From Eledone cirrhosa (taxonomy: Eukaryota): DNA of 64,000 bases. The notes under the pieces were generated by a model. The model ran no database searches, was not told the DNA's origin, and saw only the letters and a program-made list of their open reading frames with translations. This document shows, piece after piece, positions 41,701-55,900 of the stretch (position 1 is its first letter; each line of letters begins with the position of its first letter). The translations under genes and the position numbers were made by a program. The DNA lies in contig OZ024740.1 of NCBI GenBank assembly GCA_964016885.1, positions 8,308,001-8,372,000 on the forward strand. Reading direction: 5' to 3'.

Positions 41701-44700
41701 ATGTCAATTTCTATTGGTATATCTGTTTCTATTTGTATATCAGTTTCTATTGTTATATCAGTTTCGATTGATATATCAGTTTCGATTAGTATGTCAGTTT
41801 CTACTGGTATGTCAGTTTCGATTAGTATATCAGTTTCTATTCGTATGTCAGTTTCTATTGGTATATCAGTTTCGATTGGTATATCAGTTTCGATTGGTAT
41901 ATCAGTTTCGATTGGTATATCAGTTTCGGTTGGTATGTCAGTTTCAATTGGTATATCAGTTTCTATTGGTATGTCAGTTTTGATTGGTATATCAGTTTCG
42001 ATTGGTATGTCAGTTTCGATTGGTATGTCAGTTTCGATTGGTATATCAGTTCGGATTGGTATGTCAGTTTCGATTGGTATGTCAGTTTCGATTGGTATAT
42101 CAGTTTCGATTGGTATGTCAGTTTCGATTGGTATGTCAATTTCGATTGGTATATCAGACTCTATTGGTATGTCAGTTTCGAGTGGTATGTCAGTTTCTAT
42201 TGGTATATCAGTTTCGATTGATATATCAGTTTCGATTAGTATGTCAGTTTCTACTGGTATGTCAGTTTCGATTAGTATATCAGTTTCTAATGGTATGTCA
42301 GTTTCTATTGGTATATCAGATTCGATTGGTATATCACTTTCGATTAGTATGTCAGTTTCTATTGGTATGTCAGTTTCGATTGCTTTTTCAGTTCCGATTG
42401 GTATGTAAGTTTTGATTGGTATGTCAGTTTCGATTGGTATATCAGTTTCGATTGGGATGTCAGTTTCGATTAGTATATCAGTTTCTATTGGTATGTCAGT
42501 TTCGATTGGTATATCACTTTCGATTTGTATATCAGTTTCTATTGCTATATCAGTTTCTATTGGTATGTCAGTTTCAATTGGTATGAACGTTTCGATTGGT
42601 ATATCAGTTTCGATTGGTATGTCAGTTTCGATTGGTATATCATTTTCGATTGGTATGTCAATTTCAATTAGTTTGTCAGTTTCTATTGGTATATCAGTTT
42701 CGATTGGTATGTCAGTTTCGATTAGTATATCAGTTTCTATATGTATGTCAGTTTCTATTGTTATATCAGTTTCGATTGGTATATCAGTTTCGATTAATAT
42801 ATCAGTTTCGATTACTATGTCAGTTTCTACTAGTATGTCAGTTTCGATTAGTATATCAGTTTCTATTGGTATGTCAGTTTCGATTGGTATGTCAGTTTCT
42901 ATTGGTATGTCAGTTTCGATTGGTATGTCAGTTTCTATTGGTATGTCAATTTCGATTGGTATATAAGTTTAGATTAGTATGTCAGTTTCTATTGGTATAT
43001 CAGTTTCGATTGGTATATTAGTTTCGACTAGTATATCAGTTTCTATAGGTATGTTAGTTTCTATTAGTATATCAGTTTCGACTGGTATATCAGTTTCGAT
43101 TAGAATGTCAGTTTCGATTGTTATGTCAGTTTCGATTCGTATATCAGTTCCGATTGGTATGTCAGTTTCTATTGGTATGTCAGTTTCGATTGGTATATCA
43201 GTTTCGATTTGTATATCAGTTCCTATTGGTATGTCAGTTTCTATTGGTATGTCAGTTTCGATTTGTATATCAGTTCCGATTGGTATATCAGTTTCTATTG
43301 GTATGTCTGTTTCAATTGGTATATAAGTTTCGATTGTCATATCAGGTTCTATTGGTATGTCAGTTTCAATTGGTATATCAGTTTCGATTGGTATGTCATT
43401 TTCAATTAGTATATCAGTTTCTATTGGTATGTCAGTTTCTATTGGTATATCACGTCCGATTGGTATGTCAATTTCGATTGGTATATCAGTTTCTATTGGT
43501 ATGTCAGTTTCGATTGGTATGTCAGTTTCTATTGGTATATCAGTTTCGATTGATATATCAGTTTCGATTAGTATATCAGTTTCTACTGGTATGTCAGTTT
43601 CGATTAGTATATCAGTTTCTATTGGTATGTCAGTTTCGATTGGTATATCAGTTTCGATTCGTATATCAGTTCCTATTGCTATATCAGTTTCTATTGGTAT
43701 GTCAGTTTCAATTGGTATGTAAGTTTCGATTGGTTTATCAGTTTCGATTGGTATGTCAGTTTCTATTGGTATATCAGTTTCTATTGGTATGTCAGTTTCG
43801 ATTGATATATCAGTTTCGAATAGTATGTCAGTTTCTACTGGTATGTCAGTTTCGATTAGTATATCAGTTTCTATTGGTATGTCAGTTTCGATTGGTATAT
43901 CAGTTTCGATTTGTATATCAGTTCCTATTGCTATATCAGTTTCTATTGGTATGTCAGTTTCAATTGGTATGTAAGTTTCGATTGTCATATCAGTTTCTAT
44001 AGGTATGTCAATTTCTATTGGTATATCTGTTTCTATTTGTATATCAGTTTCTATTGTTATATCAGTTTCGATTGATATATCAGTTTCGATTAGTATGTCA
44101 GTTTCTACTGGTATGTCAGTTTCGATTAGTATATCAGTTTCTATTCGTATGTCAGTTTCTATTGGTATATCAGTTTCGATTGGTATATCAGTTTCGATTG
44201 GTATATCAGTTTCGATTGGTATATCAGTTTCGGTTGGTATGTCAGTTTCAATTGGTATATCAGTTTCTATTGGTATGTCAGTTTTGATTGGTATATCAGT
44301 TTCGATTGGTATGTCAGTTTCGATTGGTATGTCAGTTTCGATTGGTATATCAGTTCGGATTGGTATGTCAGTTTCGATTGGTATGTCAGTTTCGATTGGT
44401 ATATCAGTTTCGATTGGTATGTCAGTTTCGATTGGTATGTCAATTTCGATTGGTATATCAGTTTCTATTGGTATGTCAGTTTCGAGTGGTATGTCAGTTT
44501 CTATTGGTATATCAGTTTCGATTGATATATCAGTTTCGATTAGTATGTCAGTTTCTACTGGTATGTCAGTTTCGATTAGTATATCAGTTTCTAATGGTAT
44601 GTCAGTTTCTATTGGTATATCAGATTCGATTGGTATATCACTTTCGATTAGTATGTCAGTTTCTATTGGTATGTCAGTTTCGATTGCTTTTTCAGTTCCG

Positions 44701-46741
44701 ATTGGTATGTAAGTTTTGATTGGTATGTCAGTTTCGATTGGTATATCAGTTTCGATTGGGATGTCAGTTTCGATTAGTATATCAGTTTCTATTGGTATGT
44801 CAGTTTCGATTGGTATATCACTTTCGATTTGTATATCAGTTTCTATTGCTATATCAGTTTCTATTGGTATGTCAGTTTCAATTGGTATGAACGTTTCGAT
44901 TGGTATATCAGTTTCGATTGGTATGTCAGTTTCGATTGGTATATCATTTTCGATTGGTATGTCAATTTCAATTAGTTTGTCAGTTTCTATTGGTATATCA
45001 GTTTCGATTGGTATGTCAGTTTCGATTAGTATATCAGTTTCTATATGTATGTCAGTTTCTATTGTTATATCAGTTTCGATTGGTATATCAGTTTCGATTA
45101 ATATATCAGTTTCGATTACTATGTCAGTTTCTACTAGTATGTCAGTTTCGATTAGTATATCAGTTTCTATTGGTATGTCAGTTTCGATTGGTATGTCAGT
45201 TTCTATTGGTATGTCAGTTTCGATTGGTATGTCAGTTTCTATTGGTATGTCAATTTCGATTGGTATATAAGTTTAGATTAGTATGTCAGTTTCTATTGGT
45301 ATATCAGTTTCGATTGGTATATTAGTTTCGACTAGTATATCAGTTTCTATAGGTATGTTAGTTTCTATTAGTATATCAGTTTCGACTGGTATATCAGTTT
45401 CGATTAGAATGTCAGTTTCGATTGTTATGTCAGTTTCGATTCGTATATCAGTTCCGATTGGTATGTCAGTTTCTATTGGTATGTCAGTTTCGATTGGTAT
45501 ATCAGTTTCGATTTGTATATCAGTTCCTATTGGTATGTCAGTTTCTATTGGTATGTCAGTTTCGATTTGTATATCAGTTCCGATTGGTATATCAGTTTCT
45601 ATTGGTATGTCTGTTTCAATTGGTATGTAAGTTTCGATTGTCATATCAGGTTCTATTGGTATGTCAGTTTCAATTGGTATATCAGTTTCGATTGGTATGT
45701 CATTTTCAATTAGTATATCAGTTTCTATTGGTATGTAAGTTTCTATTGGTATATCACGTCCGATTGGTATGTCAATTTCGATTGGTATATCAGTTTCTAT
45801 TGGTATGTCAGTTTCGATTGGTATGTCAGTTTCTATTGGTATATCAGTTTCGATTGATATATCAGTTTCGATTAGTATATCAGTTTCTACTGGTATGTCA
45901 GTTTCGATTAGTATATCAGTTTCTATTGGTATGTCAGTTTCGATTGGTATATCAGTTTCGATTCGTATATCAGTTCCTATTGCTATATCAGTTTCTATTG
46001 GTATGTCAGTTTCAATTGGTATGTAAGTTTCGATTGGTTTATCAGTTTCGATTGGTATGTCAGTTTCTATTGGTATATCAGTTTCTATTGGTATGTCAGT
46101 TTCGATTGATATATCAGTTTCGAATAGTATGTCAGTTTCTACTGGTATGTCAGTTTCGATTAGTATATCAGTTTCTATTGGTATGTCAGTTTCGATTGGT
46201 ATATCAGTTTCGATTTGTATATCAGTTCCTATTGCTATATCAGTTTCTATTAGTATGTCAGTTTCAATTGGTATGTAAGTTTCGATTGTCATATCAGTTT
46301 CTATAGGTATGTCAATTTCTATTGGTATATCTGTTTCTATTTGTATATCAGTTTCTATTGTTATATCAGTTTCGATTGATATATCAGTTTCGATTAGTAT
46401 GTCAGTTTCTACTGGTATGTCAGTTTCGATTAGTATATCAGTTTCTATTCGTATGTCAGTTTCTATTGGTATATCAGTTTCGATTGGTATATCAGTTTCG
46501 ATTGGTATATCAGTTTCGATTGGTATATCAGTTTCGGTTGGTATGTCAGTTTCAATTGGTATATCAGTTTCTATTGGTATGTCAGTTTTGATTGGTATAT
46601 CAGTTTCGATTGGTATGTCAGTTTCGATTGGTATGTCAGTTTCGATTGGTATATCAGTTCGGATTGGTATGTCAGTTTCGATTGGTATGTCAGTTTCGAT
46701 TGGTATATCAGTTTCGATTGGTATGTCAGTTTCGATTGGTA
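26779..46741. repeat. 18-bp satellite array including the second copy of an ~8.5-kb duplication and the start of the 2304-bp HOR
   Basis: Track ORF pairs are offset by 8646 (23127/31773, 25440/34086) and 8478 (27238/35716, 27795/36273). Unit spacings run 2142, 2322, 2232, then 2304. Confidence 0.96.
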
Positions 46742-46992
46742 GATCGTGTAGGTGTCACGACAAAAAACACACAGTCCACGCTGTAATGTGGCCGTGTAGG
46801 CAACACGGTAAAAACCTCCCAGACCCACACTGTAAATGTGGTTGGTGTTAGGAAGGGCATCCAACTGTAGAAAACCTGCCAGACAGTCCTATGCGAGCAA
46901 GACAATCACTCTTGCCTCAAGTGGGACTACCCCCGTCCAAACCCATGCAAGCGTGGAACACGGACGTTAAACGCTGATGATGATGATGATGA
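46742..46992 (+). mobile_element. Severely 5'-truncated RTE copy (3' UTR plus (TGA)6 tail only)
   Basis: Nearly identical to ~779-1030; visible differences are an A-run length and one substitution before the tail. It adds exactly 251 bp to one HOR unit (2555 vs 2304). Confidence 0.95.
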
Positions 46993-49900
46993 TGTCAATT
47001 TCGATTGGTATATCAGTTTCTATTGGTATGTCAGTTTCGAGTGGTATGTCAGTTTCTATTGGTATATCAGTTTCGATTGATATATCAGTTTCGATTAGTA
47101 TGTCAGTTTCTACTGGTATGTCAGTTTCGATTAGTATATCAGTTTCTAATGGTATGTCAGTTTCTATTGGTATATCAGATTCGATTGGTATATCACTTTC
47201 GATTAGTATGTCAGTTTCTATTGGTATGTCAGTTTCGATTGCTTTTTCAGTTCCGATTGGTATGTAAGTTTTGATTGGTATGTCAGTTTCGATTGGTATA
47301 TCAGTTTCGATTGGGATGTCAGTTTCGATTAGTATATCAGTTTCTATTGGTATGTCAGTTTCGATTGGTATATCACTTTCGATTTGTATATCAGTTTCTA
47401 TTGCTATATCAGTTTCTATTGGTATGTCAGTTTCAATTGGTATGAACGTTTCGATTGGTATATCAGTTTCGATTGGTATGTCAGTTTCGATTGGTATATC
47501 ATTTTCGATTGGTATGTCAATTTCAATTAGTTTGTCAGTTTCTATTGGTATATCAGTTTCGATTGGTATGTCAGTTTCGATTAGTATATCAGTTTCTATA
47601 TGTATGTCAGTTTCTATTGTTATATCAGTTTCGATTGGTATATCAGTTTCGATTAATATATCAGTTTCGATTACTATGTCAGTTTCTACTAGTATGTCAG
47701 TTTCGATTAGTATATCAGTTTCTATTGGTATGTCAGTTTCGATTGGTATGTCAGTTTCTATTGGTATGTCAGTTTCGATTGGTATGTCAGTTTCTATTGG
47801 TATGTCAATTTCGATTGGTATATAAGTTTAGATTAGTATGTCAGTTTCTATTGGTATATCAGTTTCGATTGGTATATTAGTTTCGACTAGTATATCAGTT
47901 TCTATAGGTATGTTAGTTTCTATTAGTATATCAGTTTCGACTGGTATATCAGTTTCGATTAGAATGTCAGTTTCGATTGTTATGTCAGTTTCGATTCGTA
48001 TATCAGTTCCGATTGGTATGTCAGTTTCTATTGGTATGTCAGTTTCGATTGGTATATCAGTTTCGATTTGTATATCAGTTCCTATTGGTATGTCAGTTTC
48101 TATTGGTATGTCAGTTTCGATTTGTATATCAGTTCCGATTGGTATATCAGTTTCTATTGGTATGTCTGTTTCAATTGGTATGTAAGTTTCGATTGTCATA
48201 TCAGGTTCTATTGGTATGTCAGTTTCAATTGGTATATCAGTTTCGATTGGTATGTCATTTTCAATTAGTATATCAGTTTCTATTGGTATGTCAGTTTCTA
48301 TTGGTATATCACGTCCGATTGGTATGTCAATTTCGATTGGTATATCAGTTTCTATTGGTATGTCAGTTTCGATTGGTATGTCAGTTTCTATTGGTATATC
48401 AGTTTCGATTGATATATCAGTTTCGATTAGTATATCAGTTTCTACTGGTATGTCAGTTTCGATTAGTATATCAGTTTCTATTGGTATGTCAGTTTCGATT
48501 GGTATATCAGTTTCGATTCGTATATCAGTTCCTATTGCTATATCAGTTTCTATTGGTATGTCAGTTTCAATTGGTATGTAAGTTTCGATTGGTTTATCAG
48601 TTTCGATTGGTATGTCAGTTTCTATTGGTATATCAGTTTCTATTGGTATGTCAGTTTCGATTGATATATCAGTTTCGAATAGTATGTCAGTTTCTACTGG
48701 TATGTCAGTTTCGATTAGTATATCAGTTTCTATTGGTATGTCAGTTTCGATTGGTATATCAGTTTCGATTTGTATATCAGTTCCTATTGCTATATCAGTT
48801 TCTATTGGTATGTCAGTTTCAATTGGTATGTAAGTTTCGATTGTCATATCAGTTTCTATAGGTATGTCAATTTCTATTGGTATATCTGTTTCTATTTGTA
48901 TATCAATTTCTATTGTTATATCAGTTTCGATTGATATATCAGTTTCGATTAGTATGTCAGTTTCTACTGGTATGTCAGTTTCGATTAGTATATCAGTTTC
49001 TATTCGTATGTCAGTTTCTATTGGTATATCAGTTTCGATTGGTATATCAGTTTCGATTGGTATATCAGTTTCGATTGGTATATCAGTTTCGGTTGGTATG
49101 TCAGTTTCAATTGGTATATCAGTTTCTATTGGTATGTCAGTTTTGATTGGTATATCAGTTTCGATTGGTATGTCAGTTTCGATTGGTATGTCAGTTTCGA
49201 TTGGTATATCAGTTCGGATTGGTATGTCAGTTTCGATTGGTATGTCAGTTTCGATTGGTATATCAGTTTCGATTGGTATGTCAGTTTCGATTGGTATGTC
49301 AATTTCGATTGGTATATCAGTTTCTATTGGTATGTCAGTTTCGAGTGGTATGTCAGTTTCTATTGGTATATCAGTTTCGATTGATATATCAGTTTCGATT
49401 AGTATGTCAGTTTCTACTGGTATGTCAGTTTCGATTAGTATATCAGTTTCTAATGGTATGTCAGTTTCTATTGGTATATCAGATTCGATTGGTATATCAC
49501 TTTCGATTAGTATGTCAGTTTCTATTGGTATGTCAGTTTCGATTGCTTTTTCAGTTCCGATTGGTATGTAAGTTTTGATTGGTATGTCAGTTTCGATTGG
49601 TATATCAGTTTCGATTGGGATATCAGTTTCGATTAGTATATCAGTTTCTATTGGTATGTCAGTTTCGATTGGTATATCACTTTCGATTTGTATATCAGTT
49701 TCTATTGCTATATCAGTTTCTATTGGTATGTCAGTTTCAATTGGTATGAACGTTTCGATTGGTATATCAGTTTCGATTGGTATGTCAGTTTCGATTGGTA
49801 TATCATTTTCGATTGGTATGTCAATTTCAATTAGTTTGTCAGTTTCTATTGGTATATCAGTTTCGATTGGTATGTCAGTTTCGATTAGTATATCAGTTTC

Positions 49901-52900
49901 TATATGTATGTCAGTTTCTATTGTTATATCAGTTTCGATTGGTATATCAGTTTCGATTAATATATCAGTTTCGATTACTATGTCAGTTTCTACTAGTATG
50001 TCAGTTTCGATTAGTATATCAGTTTCTATTGGTATGTCAGTTTCGATTGGTATGTCAGTTTCTATTGGTATGTCAGTTTCGATTGGTATGTCAGTTTCTA
50101 TTGGTATGTCAATTTCGATTGGTATATAAGTTTAGATTAGTATGTCAGTTTCTATTGGTATATCAGTTTCGATTGGTATATTAGTTTCGACTAGTATATC
50201 AGTTTCTATAGGTATGTTAGTTTCTATTAGTATATCAGTTTCGACTGGTATATCAGTTTCGATTAGAATGTCAGTTTCGATTGTTATGTCAGTTTCGATT
50301 CGTATATCAGTTCCGATTGGTATGTCAGTTTCTATTGGTATGTCAGTTTCGATTGGTATATCAGTTTCGATTTGTATATCAGTTCCTATTGGTATGTCAG
50401 TTTCTATTGGTATGTCAGTTTCGATTTGTATATCAGTTCCAATTGGTATATCAGTTTCTATTGGTATGTCAGTTTCAATTGGTATGTAAGTTTCGATTGT
50501 CATATCAGGTTCTATTGGTATGTCAGTTTCAATTGGTATATCAGTTTCGATTGGTATGTCATTTTCAATTAGTATATCAGTTTCTATTGGTATGTCAGTT
50601 TCTATTGGTATATCACGTCCGATTGGTATGTCAATTTCGATTGGTATATCAGTTTCTATTGGTATGTCAGTTTCGATTGGTATGTCAGTTTCTATTGGTA
50701 TATCAGTTTCGATTGATATATCAGTTTCGATTAGTATATCAGTTTCTACTGGTATGTCAGTTTCGATTAGTATATCAGTTTCTATTGGTATGTCAGTTTC
50801 GATTGGTATATCAGTTTCGATTCGTATATCAGTTCCTATTGCTATATCAGTTTCTATTGGTATGTCAGTTTCAATTGGTATGTAAGTTTCGATTGGTTTA
50901 TCAGTTTCGATTGGTATGTCAGTTTCTATTGGTATATCAGTTTCTATTGGTATGTCAGTTTCGATTGATATATCAGTTTCGAATAGTATGTCAGTTTCTA
51001 CTGGTATGTCAGTTTCGATTAGTATATCAGTTTCTATTGGTATGTCAGTTTCGATTGGTATATCAGTTTCGATTTGTATATCAGTTCCTATTGCTATATC
51101 AGTTTCTATTGGTATGTCAGTTTCAATTGGTATGTAAGTTTCGATTGTCATATCAGTTTCTATAGGTATGTCAATTTCTATTGGTATATCTGTTTCTATT
51201 TGTATATCAGTTTCTATTGTTATATCAGTTTCGATTGATATATCAGTTTCGATTAGTATGTCAGTTTCTACTGGTATGTCAGTTTCGATTAGTATATCAG
51301 TTTCTATTCGTATGTCAGTTTCTATTGGTATATCAGTTTCGATTGGTATATCAGTTTCGATTGGTATATCAGTTTCGATTGGTATATCAGTTTCGGTTGG
51401 TATGTCAGTTTCAATTGGTATATCAGTTTCTATTGGTATGTCAGTTTTGATTGGTATATCAGTTTCGATTGGTATGTCAGTTTCGATTGGTATGTCAGTT
51501 TCGATTGGTATATCAGTTCGGATTGGTATGTCAGTTTCGATTGGTATGTCAGTTTCGATTGGTATATCAGTTTCGATTGGTATGTCAGTTTCGATTGGTA
51601 TGTCAATTTCGATTGGTATATCAGTTTCTATTGGTATGTCAGTTTCGAGTGGTATGTCAGTTTCTATTGGTATATCAGTTTCGATTGATATATCAGTTTC
51701 GATTAGTATGTCAGTTTCTACTGGTATGTCAGTTTCGATTAGTATATCAGTTTCTAATGGTATGTCAGTTTCTATTGGTATATCAGATTCGATTGGTATA
51801 TCACTTTCGATTAGTATGTCAGTTTCTATTGGTATGTCAGTTTCGATTGCTTTTTCAGTTCCGATTGGTATGTAAGTTTTGATTGGTATGTCAGTTTCGA
51901 TTGGTATATCAGTTTCGATTGGGATGTCAGTTTCGATTAGTATATCAGTTTCTATTGGTATGTCAGTTTCGATTGGTATATCACTTTCGATTTGTATATC
52001 AGTTTCTATTGCTATATCAGTTTCTATTGGTATGTCAGTTTCAATTGGTATGAACGTTTCGATTGGTATATCAGTTTCGATTGGTATGTCAGTTTCGATT
52101 GGTATATCATTTTCGATTGGTATGTCAATTTCAATTAGTTTGTCAGTTTCTATTGGTATATCAGTTTCGATTGGTATGTCAGTTTCGATTAGTATATCAG
52201 TTTCTATATGTATGTCAGTTTCTATTGTTATATCAGTTTCGATTGGTATATCAGTTTCGATTAATATATCAGTTTCGATTACTATGTCAGTTTCTACTAG
52301 TATGTCAGTTTCGATTAGTATATCAGTTTCTATTGGTATGTCAGTTTCGATTGGTATGTCAGTTTCTATTGGTATGTCAGTTTCGATTGGTATGTCAGTT
52401 TCTATTGGTATGTCAATTTCGATTGGTATATAAGTTTAGATTAGTATGTCAGTTTCTATTGGTATATCAGTTTCGATTGGTATATTAGTTTCGACTAGTA
52501 TATCAGTTTCTATAGGTATGTTAGTTTCTATTAGTATATCAGTTTCGACTGGTATATCAGTTTCGATTAGAATGTCAGTTTCGATTGTTATGTCAGTTTC
52601 GATTCGTATATCAGTTCCGATTGGTATGTCAGTTTCTATTGGTATGTCAGTTTCGATTGGTATATCAGTTTCGATTTGTATATCAGTTCCTATTGGTATG
52701 TCAGTTTCTATTGGTATGTCAGTTTCGATTTGTATATCAGTTCCGATTGGTATATCAGTTTCTATTGGTATGTCTGTTTCAATTGGTATGTAAGTTTCGA
52801 TTGTCATATCAGGTTCTATTGGTATGTCAGTTTCAATTGGTATATCAGTTTCGATTGGTATGTCATTTTCAATTAGTATATCAGTTTCTATTGGTATGTA

Positions 52901-55900
52901 AGTTTCTATTGGTATATCACGTCCGATTGGTATGTCAATTTCGATTGGTATATCAGTTTCTATTGGTATGTCAGTTTCGATTGGTATGTCAGTTTCTATT
53001 GGTATATCAGTTTCGATTGATATATCAGTTTCGATTAGTATATCAGTTTCTACTGGTATGTCAGTTTCGATTAGTATATCAGTTTCTATTGGTATGTCAG
53101 TTTCGATTGGTATATCAGTTTCGATTCGTATATCAGTTCCTATTGCTATATCAGTTTCTATTGGTATGTCAGTTTCAATTGGTATGTAAGTTTCGATTGG
53201 TTTATCAGTTTCGATTGGTATGTCAGTTTCTATTGGTATATCAGTTTCTATTGGTATGTCAGTTTCGATTGATATATCAGTTTCGAATAGTATGTCAGTT
53301 TCTACTGGTATGTCAGTTTCGATTAGTATATCAGTTTCTATTGGTATGTCAGTTTCGATTGGTATATCAGTTTCGATTTGTATATCAGTTCCTATTGCTA
53401 TATCAGTTTCTATTAGTATGTCAGTTTCAATTGGTATGTAAGTTTCGATTGTCATATCAGTTTCTATAGGTATGTCAATTTCTATTGGTATATCTGTTTC
53501 TATTTGTATATCAGTTTCTATTGTTATATCAGTTTCGATTGATATATCAGTTTCGATTAGTATGTCAGTTTCTACTGGTATGTCAGTTTCGATTAGTATA
53601 TCAGTTTCTATTCGTATGTCAGTTTCTATTGGTATATCAGTTTCGATTGGTATATCAGTTTCGATTGGTATATCAGTTTCGATTGGTATATCAGTTTCGG
53701 TTGGTATGTCAGTTTCAATTGGTATATCAGTTTCTATTGGTATGTCAGTTTTGATTGGTATATCAGTTTCGATTGGTATGTCAGTTTCGATTGGTATGTC
53801 AGTTTCGATTGGTATATCAGTTCGGATTGGTATGTCAGTTTCGATTGGTATGTCAGTTTCGATTGGTATATCAGTTTCGATTGGTATGTCAGTTTCGATT
53901 GGTATGTCAATTTCGATTGGTATATCAGTTTCTATTGGTATGTCAGTTTCGAGTGGTATGTCAGTTTCTATTGGTATATCAGTTTCGATTGATATATCAG
54001 TTTCGATTAGTATGTCAGTTTCTACTGGTATGTCAGTTTCGATTAGTATATCAGTTTCTAATGGTATGTCAGTTTCTATTGGTATATCAGATTCGATTGG
54101 TATATCACTTTCGATTAGTATGTCAGTTTCTATTGGTATGTCAGTTTCGATTGCTTTTTCAGTTCCGATTGGTATGTAAGTTTTGATTGGTATGTCAGTT
54201 TCGATTGGTATATCAGTTTCGATTGGGATGTCAGTTTCGATTAGTATATCAGTTTCTATTGGTATGTCAGTTTCGATTGGTATATCACTTTCGATTTGTA
54301 TATCAGTTTCTATTGCTATATCAGTTTCTATTGGTATGTCAGTTTCAATTGGTATGAACGTTTCGATTGGTATATCAGTTTCGATTGGTATGTCAGTTTC
54401 GATTGGTATATCATTTTCGATTGGTATGTCAATTTCAATTAGTTTGTCAGTTTCTATTGGTATATCAGTTTCGATTGGTATGTCAGTTTCGATTAGTATA
54501 TCAGTTTCTATATGTATGTCAGTTTCTATTGTTATATCAGTTTCGATTGGTATATCAGTTTCGATTAATATATCAGTTTCGATTACTATGTCAGTTTCTA
54601 CTAGTATGTCAGTTTCGATTAGTATATCAGTTTCTATTGGTATGTCAGTTTCGATTGGTATGTCAGTTTCTATTGGTATGTCAGTTTCGATTGGTATGTC
54701 AGTTTCTATTGGTATGTCAATTTCGATTGGTATATAAGTTTAGATTAGTATGTCAGTTTCTATTGGTATATCAGTTTCGATTGGTATATTAGTTTCGACT
54801 AGTATATCAGTTTCTATAGGTATGTTAGTTTCTATTAGTATATCAGTTTCGACTGGTATATCAGTTTCGATTAGAATGTCAGTTTCGATTGTTATGTCAG
54901 TTTCGATTCGTATATCAGTTCCGATTGGTATGTCAGTTTCTATTGGTATGTCAGTTTCGATTGGTATATCAGTTTCGATTTGTATATCAGTTCCTATTGG
55001 TATGTCAGTTTCTATTGGTATGTCAGTTTCGATTTGTATATCAGTTCCGATTGGTATATCAGTTTCTATTGGTATGTCTGTTTCAATTGGTATGTAAGTT
55101 TCGATTGTCATATCAGGTTCTATTGGTATGTCAGTTTCAATTGGTATATCAGTTTCGATTGGTATGTCATTTTCAATTAGTATATCAGTTTCTATTGGTA
55201 TGTCAGTTTCTATTGGTATATCACGTCCGATTGGTATGTCAATTTCGATTGGTATATCAGTTTCTATTGGTATGTCAGTTTCGATTGGTATGTCAGTTTC
55301 TATTGGTATATCAGTTTCGATTGATATATCAGTTTCGATTAGTATATCAGTTTCTACTGGTATGTCAGTTTCGATTAGTATATCAGTTTCTATTGGTATG
55401 TCAGTTTCGATTGGTATATCAGTTTCGATTCGTATATCAGTTCCTATTGCTATATCAGTTTCTATTGGTATGTCAGTTTCAATTGGTATGTAAGTTTCGA
55501 TTGGTTTATCAGTTTCGATTGGTATGTCAGTTTCTATTGGTATATCAGTTTCTATTGGTATGTCAGTTTCGATTGATATATCAGTTTCGAATAGTATGTC
55601 AGTTTCTACTGGTATGTCAGTTTCGATTAGTATATCAGTTTCTATTGGTATGTCAGTTTCGATTGGTATATCAGTTTCGATTTGTATATCAGTTCCTATT
55701 GCTATATCAGTTTCTATTGGTATGTCAGTTTCAATTGGTATGTAAGTTTCGATTGTCATATCAGTTTCTATAGGTATGTCAATTTCTATTGGTATATCTG
55801 TTTCTATTTGTATATCAATTTCTATTGTTATATCAGTTTCGATTGATATATCAGTTTCGATTAGTATGTCAGTTTCTACTGGTATGTCAGTTTCGATTAG

